Shown: positions 1 to 12,969 of the stretch, one piece after another
Position numbering within the stretch: position 1 is the stretch's first letter
Layout: each line of letters starts with the position of its first letter
Assembly: GCA_011109175.1 (NCBI GenBank)
Contig: RDEW01000016.1
Coordinates: forward strand, 71,743 to 135,742
DNA: 64,000 nucleotides
Direction: 5' to 3'
Source: Dicyema japonicum
Lineage: Eukaryota; Animalia; Dicyemida
Notes under the pieces: model-generated
Seen by the model: the letters and a program-made list of their open reading frames with translations, nothing else
Databases searched by the model: none
What the model was told of the DNA's origin: nothing
Position numbers and translations under genes: made by a program

Positions 1-2874
1 AGCCTACTAATTCAATGTGGGGTACCAATGCGAATAATACAAACAACTTTTGGCAGCAAAACACAAAGTTTGTTGGTGTTTAACTAACCTTAGTCCAATG
101 AACAACAGTTTTATGCAAAATCAGAATAATCAGCAAAGCTTTTTAAATAATCAATTTGGTTCGAATTATAAAGTTAGTTTTCAGGAAATGCTGCTAATGG
201 ATCATCTATTGATTATAGACAAACTTCCTCTGACGAATTAGCCAACATAGGCGGAAAGAAGCAGCAACTCTCAGTAAACTATGTCACCCTCTCTGCTATG
301 CCTGAATACAGCAACAAATCGATTGAGGTAAGATTCTATTTAAAAGTGTCAGGAAATTAGATATGAAGATTATGCAGCCAACAGGAAGATGGGTGGTTTT
401 TTGAATTTTTGATTTTAGCCTCCGTTAATATGCAAGGGTCTTTCAACACAAATTCGTTCGGTAATACTGGACTTGGAACGTCTAATTTTATGTCCAATAA
501 TACTGGAATGAATCAGAACCTACCTGGCAATTTCACTGGTAATCAACTCTTTTCAAACTCTAATACTGGGGGAGGATTTATGAACACTCCGATAAGTCAG
601 ACAAATTCAAATTTTTGGAGTACTGCGGGGACGAATAACACCGGTGGGTTTGGGGTCACTTCTGGCTTTCAAACAGCAAATAGTGGACTTGGGAATAGAA
701 TTGGCTTTCCTGTGAATAATACAGCTAACAATTCATCATTTTCGGCCGTAAACTCTGGTATTGGAAATACCCCCGGATTACTAGGAACTAATACTGGCTT
801 TGGAATTAGTGCTCCCAATAGTGGAATTAATACTTCTGGTTTTCCGTCAAATAATACTGGATTTGGAATTTCCTCTAATACTGGATTTGGAACCAATACG
901 ACAGGATTTCCTCAGTCTAATATTTCACTCGGAAACACTCTCGGCTTTCCTTCCACCAATGCTGGTGTCAACACCGCTGGTTTTTCCACTGGTAATGCTG
1001 GAGTAAGCACTGGTGGATTTCCTTCTGCTAATGCTGGATTGAACACCGGTGGTTTTCTCACCGGTAATACTGGAGTAAGCACTGGTGGGTTTCCTTCTGT
1101 TAATACTGGATTGAACACTGGTGGGTTTCCTACTGCCAATACTGGATTTAATACTGCTGGGTTTTCCCTCTGCCAACACCGGATTAAATACCGGGTTTCC
1201 TTCTTCCAATACGGGATTTAACACCGGTGGTTTTCCTGCAGCAAATACTGGATTAAATCCCCCCGTTTTTCCTACAGCAAACACTGGATTGAATACAGCT
1301 GGATTTCCTACAGCGAATCCTACTGGTGGTAACGCTTTTGGCCTTCCTGCTGCCAATACTGGAATAAATACAGCTGCTTTCCCTGGAACGAATATTGCAA
1401 ATAAATCAGGTTTTCCTTCCATTGCGACGAATACTTCAGCCTTTCCCGCTTCAAATAATTTTCAAAATAACTCATTTGGTAGTGGATTCCAAAATAATGT
1501 ATTTTTTGTTCGATTATTGGCAGAATTCCATCAATCCGGGTCAAGTTGGATTAGCTACTCAGTCACAAATTTCAATTCCCCACGTGGGTTAGTTTCTTTA
1601 TAACAGTTTAGAGAGTAGTTTTTACCCGGCTGATATGAGAGAAAAAATGGAGCAGATCGACCGTGCTGTTAGTTTAAACAGTTACAGTGACATTTCCCGC
1701 GACTTGCTTACTTATATTGCCTGTTCCCCTTACTCTGCAATAAACAAACACTGTGACACCTACACTGACGGCAAAAATACGAAGGATACTGAAACCAAAA
1801 AATCAGTATAATTCCAATTAACTTTTGCAGTCAAAAATGGACGAAAGCTTCTTAAAATCGTACAAGAATGACAGCTTTATTGACCGTTACAACATTAATA
1901 GTTCGTGGGAGAAGCTTAACCGAATCAGTTTGCCTTGTTGTAAACTTTCTAGGCCTTGAATTACCTCACAGTACATTCTCACGACTCACAATCTAATGCC
2001 AGTTTTACTCACGGAAACAAAAAATTAGACAAATCAACTTCCAAGTCACTCAATAATTCAAGCAACCTTCTTCCGTTGTATTCTGTGACACAACCGGCCC
2101 GGAGACAAACTCCCCTTAAAGCTGTCTCCCTTCTCAGATCCCCGCCCAAAAGACGGTCTTATAAAGAACTTTCTGTGAGAATAAACTCGTTGAAGGCCTC
2201 ACTACTCAACAGGATTCCTATGCAGGAAGTCGACACGAATGTCCCTGAAAAAGCAAAAGACAGTAAGTCACCAACCTCAAACTGTGAGTCTTTCTCCAAC
2301 GGTGAAGATTTGACCTCTTCAGTGGCCTTCCAACCAATAGATGATACCCTAAATATTGAGAGTAGCATAAATGAAGTCAAGACTAACCTGTCTAAAGTAG
2401 AACATGAATTTGTCAGTGCTAAAAGTGAGGACTTGACCGTCCGCTGATAGCTACTTTCTGATACCGTCCTTGGAAGACATCAATTTGCTGGTTAAAGAAA
2501 ATAAGCCAATACATGATCTGACTGTGGCGAAGCCTGGCTTTGGAAGTATTAGGTTTCTGAAGCCTGTCACTCTTACTTGTATCGATATTTCTGAGACGGG
2601 TTTGGTGCATTAGTAAGTGTATAAGTAATATACTGAGTTGTATCCTGATAACAACTGGCCTCCTCAGGGGGAGGGACTTAATGTTCATGCCCGAGTGAAC
2701 GTACTAAATTGCTGGCCTTATGGGAAAAATTCAGGATCCTTCATAAAAGATCCTGACCTAATTGAAAGCTACGGGTGGGTCGACAATCTGAAGGAGACTA
2801 AGGAAATGGACGCTACTTTCATTAGCTATACTCCTGAGAATGGCGAGTGGATTTTCGAAATTAACAAATATTGA
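1..2874 (+). CDS. NUP98: Nucleoporin Nup98 (5' end outside window): GLEBS motif, repeat region, C-terminal autoproteolysis-type (Nucleoporin2) domain
   Basis: Splicing introns 68-93, 159-184, 328-352 and 393-418 gives the GLEBS-like TLSAMPEYSNKSIE|EIRYEDYAANRK. The C-terminus YFLIPSLEDINL...KPGFGSIRF...YPDNNWPPQGEGLNVHARVNVLNCWP...YTPENGEWIFEINKY* matches the Nup98 APD. Several apparent 1-nt frameshifts (~1163, ~2435, ~2625). Confidence 0.92.
900..1440 (+). repeat. Coding tandem repeat (~33-36 nt; GFPxANTGLNTG-like) inside NUP98
   Basis: ORFs 409-1221 and 1121-1603 show repeated GFP-S/T/A-A-N-T-G-L/V/F-N-T-G units. Confidence 0.9.
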
Positions 2875-4139
2875 ATAAAATTTGACCATCTTAATTGTGT
2901 AGAGTAGAAATATATGATATTTTTCTTTTAATTCGATTTTTGATTATTTTACGCAAATTGTTGTTAGCAACATAAATTGAATCATTGTTCACCTATGCGT
3001 CCATCTTTGACATGTGAACTTGCTAGCTTTACAATTTTGGGCTGGATGGGATTCATCTGACACTCCCTTTGTTCAGAACTATGGGTTTTCTATGTTTCCT
3101 GAGTCCGTCACCTTGTCCATGCTCAGAAGAAAGAAGACAAGAGCTTTCATCCACCATAAAGACATTTTGAGCACTTGAGGTACGTTACCACATTAACCTT
3201 TCGATCAATTAACCACTTGGCAACACTGATGTATCTGAAATAATAAAGCAAATTAACTTCTATATAAACGTTACAACAAAGTAAATTCGATTTCTATGAA
3301 GATAAATGTGGGATTAAGAAAATTTTAGGTCACGACTATCTGCCAGTTAAGTTTGTTTAGTCTTAAAACAAAATAAACAAAAGGTCATACTTCTTGACTG
3401 TTGGCTATTCCCTCTTCGGATGGCGAGCGAGATTCGCTCAAATAACCAGCACTGCTCATGAAAATCTCCTGTTTGTGCAGAAATCCTATTCCAGACGACT
3501 CAAGAATTCCAGCGTCGCAGGCACAATGGAACCAGACGTTCAATTAAGTTTTTTACTTCAAACTGAAAAAACAGCATATTTCATATCGAGTTTTCCTTTA
3601 TTGAAAAAATTGTTAGTTACACATCGAAAATTCAAACCTGTAAAAATTTAAACACCGCCTGAGAATGACCATGGTCCCCCGCAACCCTTCATGTCTTTTT
3701 CAGGTAGAGAATGATTTGTTAATAACGTCTTATTTCTGTTTCAGAATAAATTTGCCATGAAAGGTCAAATTGTTAGGTCAATATTACCTACGCTACTTGG
3801 TATTATTGTTAAGACTCTCTCACGAGAGCCATAATATTTGTATTACCACGTGTGCAGACAGGACACAATTTTGGATGTAAACCTCTTGCACGAACAGTGA
3901 TTATTCGCAGGAGCTCTCAAGGTCATCGGCAGATTTCAACCCCTTTACAAAATTTTCAGGTCGTTAGGACGACCAATAGAGCTACTCTTCCCCCTTCACG
4001 AAAGAAACCTTCTTTACGAACATAATAGTTTTCCATGGTTGTGTTTGGCGCGGTGGTCACTTTATCATCAGGATGTGCCCAAGCAGTCTCGAGCTGGATT
4101 CCTTTACCTCCAGGCTTACCTGGCATTATTATTAGCACT

Positions 4140-4500
4140 TTTACGAGAGCCATAATATTTATAGCCCCGCATGTGCAGCAAAAAATATAAGAGAATTAGT
4201 TAGGTTGCTCCAAGCTCTTCTGTTCTTTGCTAGGTCCCTCAGTGAGTCCAGATCGTCACCAGATGCCAATGTTTTCTTCACGGCTTTCAGATCGTTTTGT
4301 AGAACAACAGGGAGGGTAGTTCTCGGTCTTCCACGGAAGCGTTGTACATTGGAGTAGTAGTAATTGCGATATTCGGAGGAGATATCGGGTCCAACCTCAG
4401 GACGTGTCCAAAAAGTCTCCAACAAGAGCTAATGATCTCGTGGCTTAATGGTGTACAGTCACACTTATTGTACAGTCCATTTGCGAGACCTGGCATTAAG
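4140..4500 (-). mobile_element. 3' fragment of an RTE-like LINE (same family as 10100-12950); a further degenerate piece near 3820-3960
   Basis: WRLFGHVLRLD and RGRPRTTLPVVLQNDLK...SGDDLDSLR align with ORF 12229-12912. acgagagccataatattt recurs at ~3821 and ~4143. Confidence 0.8.
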
Positions 4501-4754
4501 TAAATTAATTATTCAAATTTTACTTAAATTAATTAAACATTCAATAACTTTTAAAATAACTATCTAATTATGAATAGTTTAAAACGCTAAAAGTGGCAAA
4601 GATGAGAATTATCCAATTGAGTTAAATATTTTGCTTTAAAAAAGTGAAGTTAAATTATTGACTCGAGAACGGAGAGGATTAAATTAAAAATAATATTTTT
4701 AATTATTAATATTTTAAATAAATTTAAATATAGAATAGTAATTCTTGGTTCTTT

Positions 4755-5517
4755 ATGGGTAGCCTCCGACGTGACCTATATGGACGGTGCGAGTTATTTG
4801 ACTGTTTTAATATTATTAACCCTTCAATGTAGTCCTCTATCAGGATGTCAAAAATAATAATGAGGACAACACAGCTGAATTTCGCAACAGCTTTTCAATT
4901 GCTTTCAAACACAAGCTAATGGAACTGCGTCGCAGTTACTCATCGTTATGCTGGCATATGCAATACCAAGATAGTGATAAACTCCAGAAGGACATGCGCT
5001 GCTTGGAAGTATACAGAAAAAACATCCACGACGAAATTATTTCTCTGTCTTCGGATGCAATCGCAAAGACAGGACACCAGATAGAACAACTGGGCAACGA
5101 AGATGATGACGCTCAGGCTTATGTGTTTTGCTACACGCAGTAATAGATTTTGCCTCATTTTTTAGAATTGGGGACTATAATCGATATATGGCTGAAGTTT
5201 CTTCCACCGATGAGGAGAAGATGATATATGGGGACAAAAGTCTTGAAGCTTATGTAAAGGGGATAAGTATTGCTGATAAACTGGAGCCTTCGGATTCCAG
5301 CTATCTTGGACTGTATCTTAACTATAGCGTCTTTGTCTATGAGATTCTTCGCGATCACAAAAAAGCTATGGAAATCGCGAACACTGCCTTCAACAAGGGG
5401 ATGGAGCTTAAGAATTTTGTGGACGGAAACCCCACTTCGAAGGGAATATACAATCAAATCAGGAGGAATATTTGTGTTTGGGGGGATAACTCAAATGCTT
5501 CTGTTGATGAAGATTAA
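4755..5517 (+). CDS. Divergent 14-3-3 family protein
   Basis: Introns 4804-4832 (29 nt, less certain) and 5140-5165 (26 nt). Motifs FRNSFSIAFK...RRS, GDYNRYMAEV, LGLYLNYSVFVYEIL and QIRRNICVW align with 14-3-3 helices. Confidence 0.88.
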
Positions 5518-5695
5518 TTGGACTTTCCTTTACTCTTAGTTGTTAGACACTCTTATCTTAACAATTTGTTCTAAGGCTTTAGTTTAGTGCTAGCTGTTAT
5601 GGGTAGAGGAATTTGTTAATTGGACAGGTTACTTGGTTGGAGTTCAGGGGGTAAACAGTTCTCCTAGCTTGCATGTATAGTGACCTTCTGTTTTC

Positions 5696-6090
5696 CTAGA
5701 GAGGCCTAGATATGAGTGCATGCTTCATTCCTGATGTCTTAGCCAACCTGTTGCAATTCTCATTGCTTTCTGCTTTCCTGAAGAAGCCTAGAGATGATTG
5801 AATGACCCAAGGCAAAATTCTCTTGTAATAACTCTCAGTGCTTTGTGCTTTCCTGAAAAAGCCTAGAGATGAGTGCATGTCCCAAGGCAAGAGTCTTTTC
5901 TAATAATTCTCATAGCTTTCTGCTTTCATAGAGAAGCCTGGAGATGAGTGCATGCCTCAAAGCAAGAGTCTCCTGTAGTAATTCTCATAGCTTTCTGTTT
6001 CCTGGAAAAGCCTAGAGATGAGTGTATGCCTCAGGGGAAGAATCTCTTGTAATAATTATCATAGCTTTCTGTTTCCTAGAGAAGTCTAGA
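5696..6090. repeat. Degenerate 74-75 bp minisatellite, about 5 units
   Basis: aagcctagagatgagtg... unit starts at 5784, 5859, 5934, 6008 and 6082. Confidence 0.9.
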
Positions 6091-7901
6091 GTCCATGCCG
6101 TAAGGTAGGATTGGCTAATTTCCTGTGGCAGTTCAAGCTTTCTGGTTTAGTACGATTTTGATAATTCCCTTTAAATGTTGATATTGAGAATGATAATGTC
6201 TAGTCTTTCTGAATATGCATTGAATTTACTGCTTTTATTTTTCTTGCCATATTCTACTCTTGGCTTAAATGTATCACCACTAAAGTACAAAGTTTGAAAG
6301 AATATTGCAAATCGCCTGAACACAAGCACGTTTTACCAATAAATTATCTTACTAGCATTATGCTGATAAAATATAAGTTGCATGCTTATAAACTCGGAAA
6401 TGCCATAAATTCAGCCAATTTAATCAATCGTGAATAAAATATCGAATTTGTCAATTCGCATGATCGATACTAAAATTAGAGCAAAGTTTAGTGATCACTA
6501 GTTTAGCACAGCGAGTTTTGATTGCTTACGGTTATATCGCACTTTTCACTAGTAAATGGTAATCTGCACTCTAAACTCACTCTTATACCCTTGGAAACAC
6601 AGCTTAAGCAATATTATCACTAGTACAGTCATATGGACTATTATCATATGCGTAACCTTCTGGCAGATGATCCCCCGATTTCTTTCAATTATGAGCTTGG
6701 CGAGATTCGAATTCAAATCTTTTGCTCAGAACACAGGGTATCCACTGTTTCCTGAGTGCGTCACCTAGTCAATACTCAAGAGAAGGTTAGGCAAAGGCTT
6801 TCATCATGAAGGTAAGTAGGCATTTCATCAAGGTACTTCACCACCTCAGCAAGATGAATAAATTTATAGGTTAATTTAAATTCTCTAAAACGCCATTTTA
6901 GCAGATTTCCAATTCGAATTGATTTGACGAATATATTTTAACCACAATCTGATATTTGCGTTCCTAGGAAACGAAATGAGGTTATTGAATGAATTTTTAA
7001 CAAAAAGTAAGTAAATTATCTCTCCACTAATCGACGCAGTGTTGTCTTCACGATAACTCTGGCGATCAACTGGAGGAGTCACTGGGTTTGACGGAGGTTA
7101 TGGGTTCTGAGTGTAACCATAAGTCCCAGGTTCTTGAGACAGGACAAAGAGTTCTTACCCATCACTTTAGTTGTCTCGACATCCATTGCACGGAATTTGA
7201 ACCTGTCTATATGCCCTTCGTATTTCTTCCCTTAGCCCTCTCTGCAGCGGATAGTGCTTTCACCAGGTTTCAGATGATGCTAGTAGGACATAGAAAGTCG
7301 ACACATGTGTCATCCCATACTAAAACTCCGGAGCCAAACATTGGTGCATCCGATGATCCTCATTTTAATTTAAGCTTTTATGTCTCTGAATCCATTAAGA
7401 GAAGGATAAATATCAACCTTAAGAAGATGAAGAGATTAAGCGTATTAGAGCTAAGTCATGCACCAGAGCTATGTCACCAGGTCGGTTAAATAGCCGGGAA
7501 TGAATAATTCAAAATAAAGACTGCTTGATTTAAGCAAGTCTAAGGATCAACATAATTCTCAAAATCATTAAAACGCTTAAAAATCATTTTTACTTGTTTT
7601 CTTGACAATTTTAATGGCGGTTTAATCAGTATCGATAGATTGGAACCAATCAACTTAATCACGTGCTAATTCGCAGACATTGACAAGTCGAAAACAACTC
7701 AGATGTACATAAAATCTACATCGAGGTCATTTCAGAATGAAGCAATCACTAGGTAGTATTTATGAAATCCTCAGATAGAATGATCCAATGAGAAGGTCGA
7801 ATTGTGCTTTAGTCCTATTTTGAAGTCATGACTTGACGCCATCTTAAGATTATCTATTTTTTTATTGACCAAGAAAAATCCAGGGAAAGGTGGATTTACT
7901 T

Positions 7902-7945
7902 CGGCAGGACGGGATTCGAACCCGGGTCCTTTGTGAGTCCTACAC
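7902..7945 (-). other. tRNA-like 3' half / Pol III B-box remnant (SINE-like)
   Basis: Minus strand reads ggacccgggttcgaatcccgtcctgcc with a T-arm hairpin. No matching 5' acceptor half was found. Confidence 0.35.
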
Positions 7946-8276
7946 TTCCTTTGTTTAGAACTGAGTTTCTGATGTCCCCTTGGTAAATCACCTCTTCCGT
8001 GTTTACAAGAAAGAGAAAGACATGGCCTTTCATCTGTCATGAAACAATAAGGTACATGATCAACATAACTCTCCAGCAAATTAACCCATTATTAATTCAC
8101 GATGGAGCACAAAATAAAAAAATAATAATTTAAATATTTTAGAAAATAAACTCGATTAATAAATAAAAATAATATTATATAGTGAATAAAGAAATATACT
8201 AAACTAAAATAATAGAGGTTCGTTTTGTTTGTCAGGTTTCGTAAAGTATGGATCGTATTTTCCAACAGAAATAGTT

Positions 8277-9984
8277 TCAGAAATAACAAGGAAGCTTATA
8301 CTCTAAAAATACAAAATTAAAAGACAACCATATAAACAATAAATAAAATATACAGGAGGATAAAAATAAACACCAAAATCTGATAGGCAACACTCCCGGC
8401 TGTCTTTTGGATAATCACATCAACAATTAAGTATATATTAATCGCTAATACGGATGATATCAAGGCCAGATACATGATTTTAGATTTTCTTAAAGCCAGT
8501 AATATTACAGAGGGTACTTGTTATTCACGAATTCCTCGCCCATGATTTTGTTCGTACTAGTAAAAGCGATCACCGGAAGGAGGGCAAACGGTAATTGAAT
8601 GCTCATGAGAACGTTCAGGAGATCATTGAAGACGGTTAACTTATCGATCCCTTGCAGTATAGAAATCATGATAGTGGGGCCAATGGCGAGTAGTCGAGTT
8701 ACAATCAAACGTCTCCAGGGCTTCCATTTGATATCCAGGAACCCCTTAATGTCAAATACAAGTGACCTGCATGACGAATTGTCCCGTGTAGGTCCCCGTC
8801 ATTGTTGAGGTTTGTCCTGCAGCCATGATGCCAATCGCCCAAATATATGTGGTGATAGTCCCAAACTTACACCCCAGAAACACGGACTACGGATCTCAGT
8901 AAAGTAAGAACCCCAGAGTATATGTTCATATCCCCGGCATCCGAGATGTTTTTGAAGATGTGGGCATTGGAGATATTTTTAGCTACGCACATGTTGTACT
9001 AAGCTCTAAACCTTAATATTACAATCGTATTAGAATTCTCTGCTGAAGCGTAGAAAGCTGACGCGAAGGTAGAAACCACAAACAGATTGATGACAAAAGA
9101 CACAATCAAAACCAATGAAGTTTCCAGGAGAAAGTAAAAATTAGCTTCATGTATACTGGAGACCTTGGTCCGGTCAATCGACCGAGTCTATGTTCAATCA
9201 AAATGAGACTTGAGTTAGTGACGAATGGAGGTAGATGTTGTGAGGCATAATAACGGACCCCACAATCCCTACAGCTTGTATTAACGCCTTGTGGGAGCAA
9301 TTAGTGCAAGAGGGGATAAAGAGTCCCATAAGAATCTGCTTCTGGTCAGGGACTGAAATAAAGTACTATAATTTAGTAAAACCGACTGAGAACCAAATAT
9401 CCGAACATTAAGCCCATTAAGAGCACAGCTGACGCAAAAAATATCTCCAATTTCCTGAATCCATAGCGGTCGATAAGCAAGAAAAGGAAGGTGTCGGTGA
9501 TCGTGATAAGAACGCCTGCATATAACGGGATTCTAAAAGCTCAATTTGATCCCCCATAAACTTCTGATTGGATAAGATATAAAAGGCAATGGAAGTGCCA
9601 ATAACTTCCTGCATGTCCGATCCGATTATGGCGATTTCAACCATAACCCATAAAATGATATTTGGGTATTTCTTTAAGTAGTTTCTGCACGTTTCTGATA
9701 GGCTTTTTCCAGTAACGACGCTCAAACGGAGTGCTAGCCTCTGCAAAAGAGCGCCAAAAATAGTCGATATAAATAAAAGCCACAGTAACTGAATATAAGT
9801 AATCACATTGTTACTTTATAACCGGTTATTGTACCGTTTCTTAAATCTGATTCTATATTTCCGGGTCCAAGTATGCGATGCTGACAAGAAATCCTGGTCC
9901 AAGAAAGGAAAAAAATTTCCTTAAATTTAGCCCCTTTAGGTTATCAAATACAGTAACCTTTTCAGAATTGGCTGAATTATCCAT
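8277..9984 (-). CDS. NRAMP: NRAMP/SLC11 divalent metal transporter (3' end approximate)
   Basis: [59 protein letters not shown] and [10 protein letters not shown] motifs with short introns. Two 1-nt deletions in G/C runs (~9862, ~9126). Confidence 0.93.
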
Positions 9985-10099
9985 TAGACCTGACTCACGC
10001 TCATTTTAACTAAATATTAATATTTTATTTATAAATTTAAAATTAGATACAAATTAATTTATTTTTTAGTAAAATATTTATAAAATATAAAACCAAGTG

Positions 10100-12950
10100 T
10101 TGTTTTGGTTGAGGTGGTGACTTGTCTCTCTTGCACCTATGTCTGTAAAGGATTCAGAACAATTCAATGACCATCCTAACCTTCAATGTTAGAGGCCTGA
10201 ATAAAGTGGCTAAGATGCAGCTTCTATGTTCGGATGTTGAGAAATACCGGGGTATGCTGCCTGCAGGAGACTAAAATAAAAAATGGACTCGATGAAACAC
10301 ATGCAAATTACAGGTTACTATTGCTTTCCTCGGAATCGAGGCATTATGGACAAGGCTTTGCCATACACAAGGTCTATATTCCCAGAGTATATCGTTACTG
10401 GAAAGTCAATGACAGAATCAGTGTCTTACAACTACGTACAAGATCAAGCAGAAATTCGAGGAGACTAATCTCAATTATCAACGTTTACGCACCACACGGC
10501 GGACGTATCCTAAAAAATCCGGAAGAACTTGACCTGTTCTACTAGGAATTGGGAAGGACATTAACAGACCTCTGTTCATCATACTTATTGTTTATTGCCG
10601 GGGACTGGAATGCGAAAGTGGGAACCCGTAGAGGAAATGAAAGCTTCATTGGCCAGCTCAGAAGAGGAATCAGAAACTTCCCCGGAACCATCTTGGCAGA
10701 GTTTTGCCAGGCATTTGATCTGTTCCTATGTAATACTGGTTTCCAACATCCCGCACGTCATAAAACGACATGGACTGGGCATACAAAGTTCTCTATTAAC
10801 ATTTTCAATCAAATCGACTACATCATTTGTCGAGTCAAAGAAAAATCACTCCTACTTGACTCGAGGTCTTACTGAGGTGCAGCTACCGACAGTGATCACA
10901 AGATAGTCTCTGCCAAGTTCACAATGAGGACTTTGACTGCCCTAATAAGAAGGGCCAAACGTAAATGTAAGAAGAAGCTATAAAATGGAACAACTGTGTA
11001 CTCTACATCGATCAGAGACAACTACCAAATATCAATTACGAAATTTCTCCGAAACCTGGATCCCGGACTTCCTCCAGGAGGCACTTGGGCGGAGACAATG
11101 AAAGGGATCCTCTCGGCAGCAAATGGTAGTATCGGAACCTGATCCTTAGCACTGTTTAAAAAATGTATACATCCAGATGTCCCGCCCTCATTAAAGAACA
11201 AAGGGAACTAAGATTACAACTGGAAAATACGTCTGATCCGGATAGGAAACAAATCTTGAAGTATAGAGAAGATCCACCCAGAAAACCATAAAGATTTTGA
11301 ATAAAGCACGCCACTAACCTACTTGCTATAAGAGCTGCAGAAGTTGAACAGCTAAAAGACTCATCAAAAATGTTCACTGCAATCCGTCTGCTCAACAGAA
11401 AACAAACGAACAAACTCCATGACGGAAATGGAAGATTCTTAACAAATCCCAAATATCAGGCTGAATATATTGCGTCGTATTTCGAGGATATATTAACTGT
11501 CCGCGGAGAAATATCTGATCATACTTGTGGATAAGCCACCCACCTGGCTAAAGCTATCACCTGGCGAAATTCAAATGCAATGGTCGCTCCCCTGGGCCGG
11601 ATGGAATCAATTCAGAACTTGTCAAATATGGCCCACCTGCACTAACAGAAAAGTTGGCAAAACTACTCAACTCTGTTTATAGAAAAAAAGAACTGCTAAA
11701 CACCTTACGGAAACTTCTGGCATTAGTTACGCTGAATCGAATTAGAGAACAAGTGGACGACTATCTATCCCCTAGTCACAGTGGATTCAGGACAGGAAGA
11801 TCCACTGCAGATGCAGTATGGAGCCACAAGTGGCGCTGCGCTATCAACCAGAGATTTGAAAGTGCAACAACAGTCCTGGGAATAGACCTCTCTAGGGCCT
11901 TTGACACGGTCTGTCGTGTCTACTTCTCAAGATACTGAAACAATTCTTGGACCCAGATTCTGTTAATATGATCAGAGTGTCGCTATCTAACACGAAGCTC
12001 AGAGTGCAGATCGGTAAGACGTTATCCCGTGAATTTACGTGCAATGTTGGTATTCCCCAGGGAAATTCCCTCTCCCCCTGCTATTTGTCATATATCTGGA
12101 GGCGGAACTACGAGATCTTGGAAGTTCTATGATGGCAACATCGTCGAAATTGCCTATGAGGACGACGTGGGCTTTGTGTCAGAAGACAAATCTACCCTTT
12201 TCGAGGTGGCCCTGCTGAGCTCCTTGGAATGAACATTGCTAAAACTGACATTGTGGAAATCAGGAGAATGGAACGCAGATCAAATGAAACATGGCGAAAA
12301 ACAAACAGACTTAGCTTTTTATTTGGAGACAGTCAAGATCTTTCCAGAGGAAATGCCCTCGCTTGGGTAATGATGAACAAGTTGAAGAAAAAGTGGATTG
12401 GCAAACGGCGATCTTGTACATCACTTCGTTTGAGACTGTATGAAGCCTTTGTCAAACCGATCCTAATGTACAATTCATCGACCTGGGGAACGTCCAAAAC
12501 CGAACAACTTGGACTAGACTCTTTCCATCGAAGACAACTTAGATCCTTACTAGGACTTAACTGGCCAGCAAGAATAAAAAAGGAATCGCTGTACATGAGA
12601 TGTTGCACGGGTCCACTGAGTCTCGAAATTGCTGATATGCGCTGGAGGCTATTTGGACATATCTTGCGTATGGACTTGGGCGCTCCAGCAAACATAGCAA
12701 TGGAGGACTACTTTATGAGAAAGGGACCGTGCTTTCGTGGACGCCGGCATATTACACTACCTGAAACACTTGACGGAGATCTAAAGCTCGTGAACAAACG
12801 TCTAAGAAGTGGGGACGACCTTGACAAGCTAAGGAAACTCTCTTACGATCGAGGAGGTTGGAAGAAGTTGGTTCGGATGATTGTTTTGAATGCTGCACGA
12901 GTGAAATTATAACTATTATGATTTTACGAATGTTGCTTATAATAATAATT
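10100..12950 (+). mobile_element. Near full-length decayed single-ORF RTE-like LINE (APE + RT)
   Basis: MTILTFNVRGL...CLQETK (from 10167), AGDWNAKVG, IDLSRAFDTV, GIPQGNSLSP, YEDD and WRLFGHILRM, followed by a taataataat tail. Many stops and frameshifts. Confidence 0.92.
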
Positions 12951-12969
12951 GTTATGCAATAACCGCATT

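Noticed and set aside
2595-2640. In-frame TAG/TAA in the NUP98 APD suggesting a ciliate-type genetic code
   Set aside because: TAA and TAG terminate 14-3-3, SCD, the cathepsins, MRPS12 and CSE1L. An intron with or without an indel explains the region.
5696-6090. Repeat read as a Leu-rich protein with recoded TGA, or as a CRISPR array
   Set aside because: Units are 75, 75, 74 and 74 nt so the frame is not kept, TGA is a normal stop in ELOF1 and MRPL33, and there are no unique spacers or cas genes.
7902-7945. Functional tRNA gene
   Set aside because: Only the T-arm and 3' half are recognisable. No D-arm or matching acceptor strand was found.
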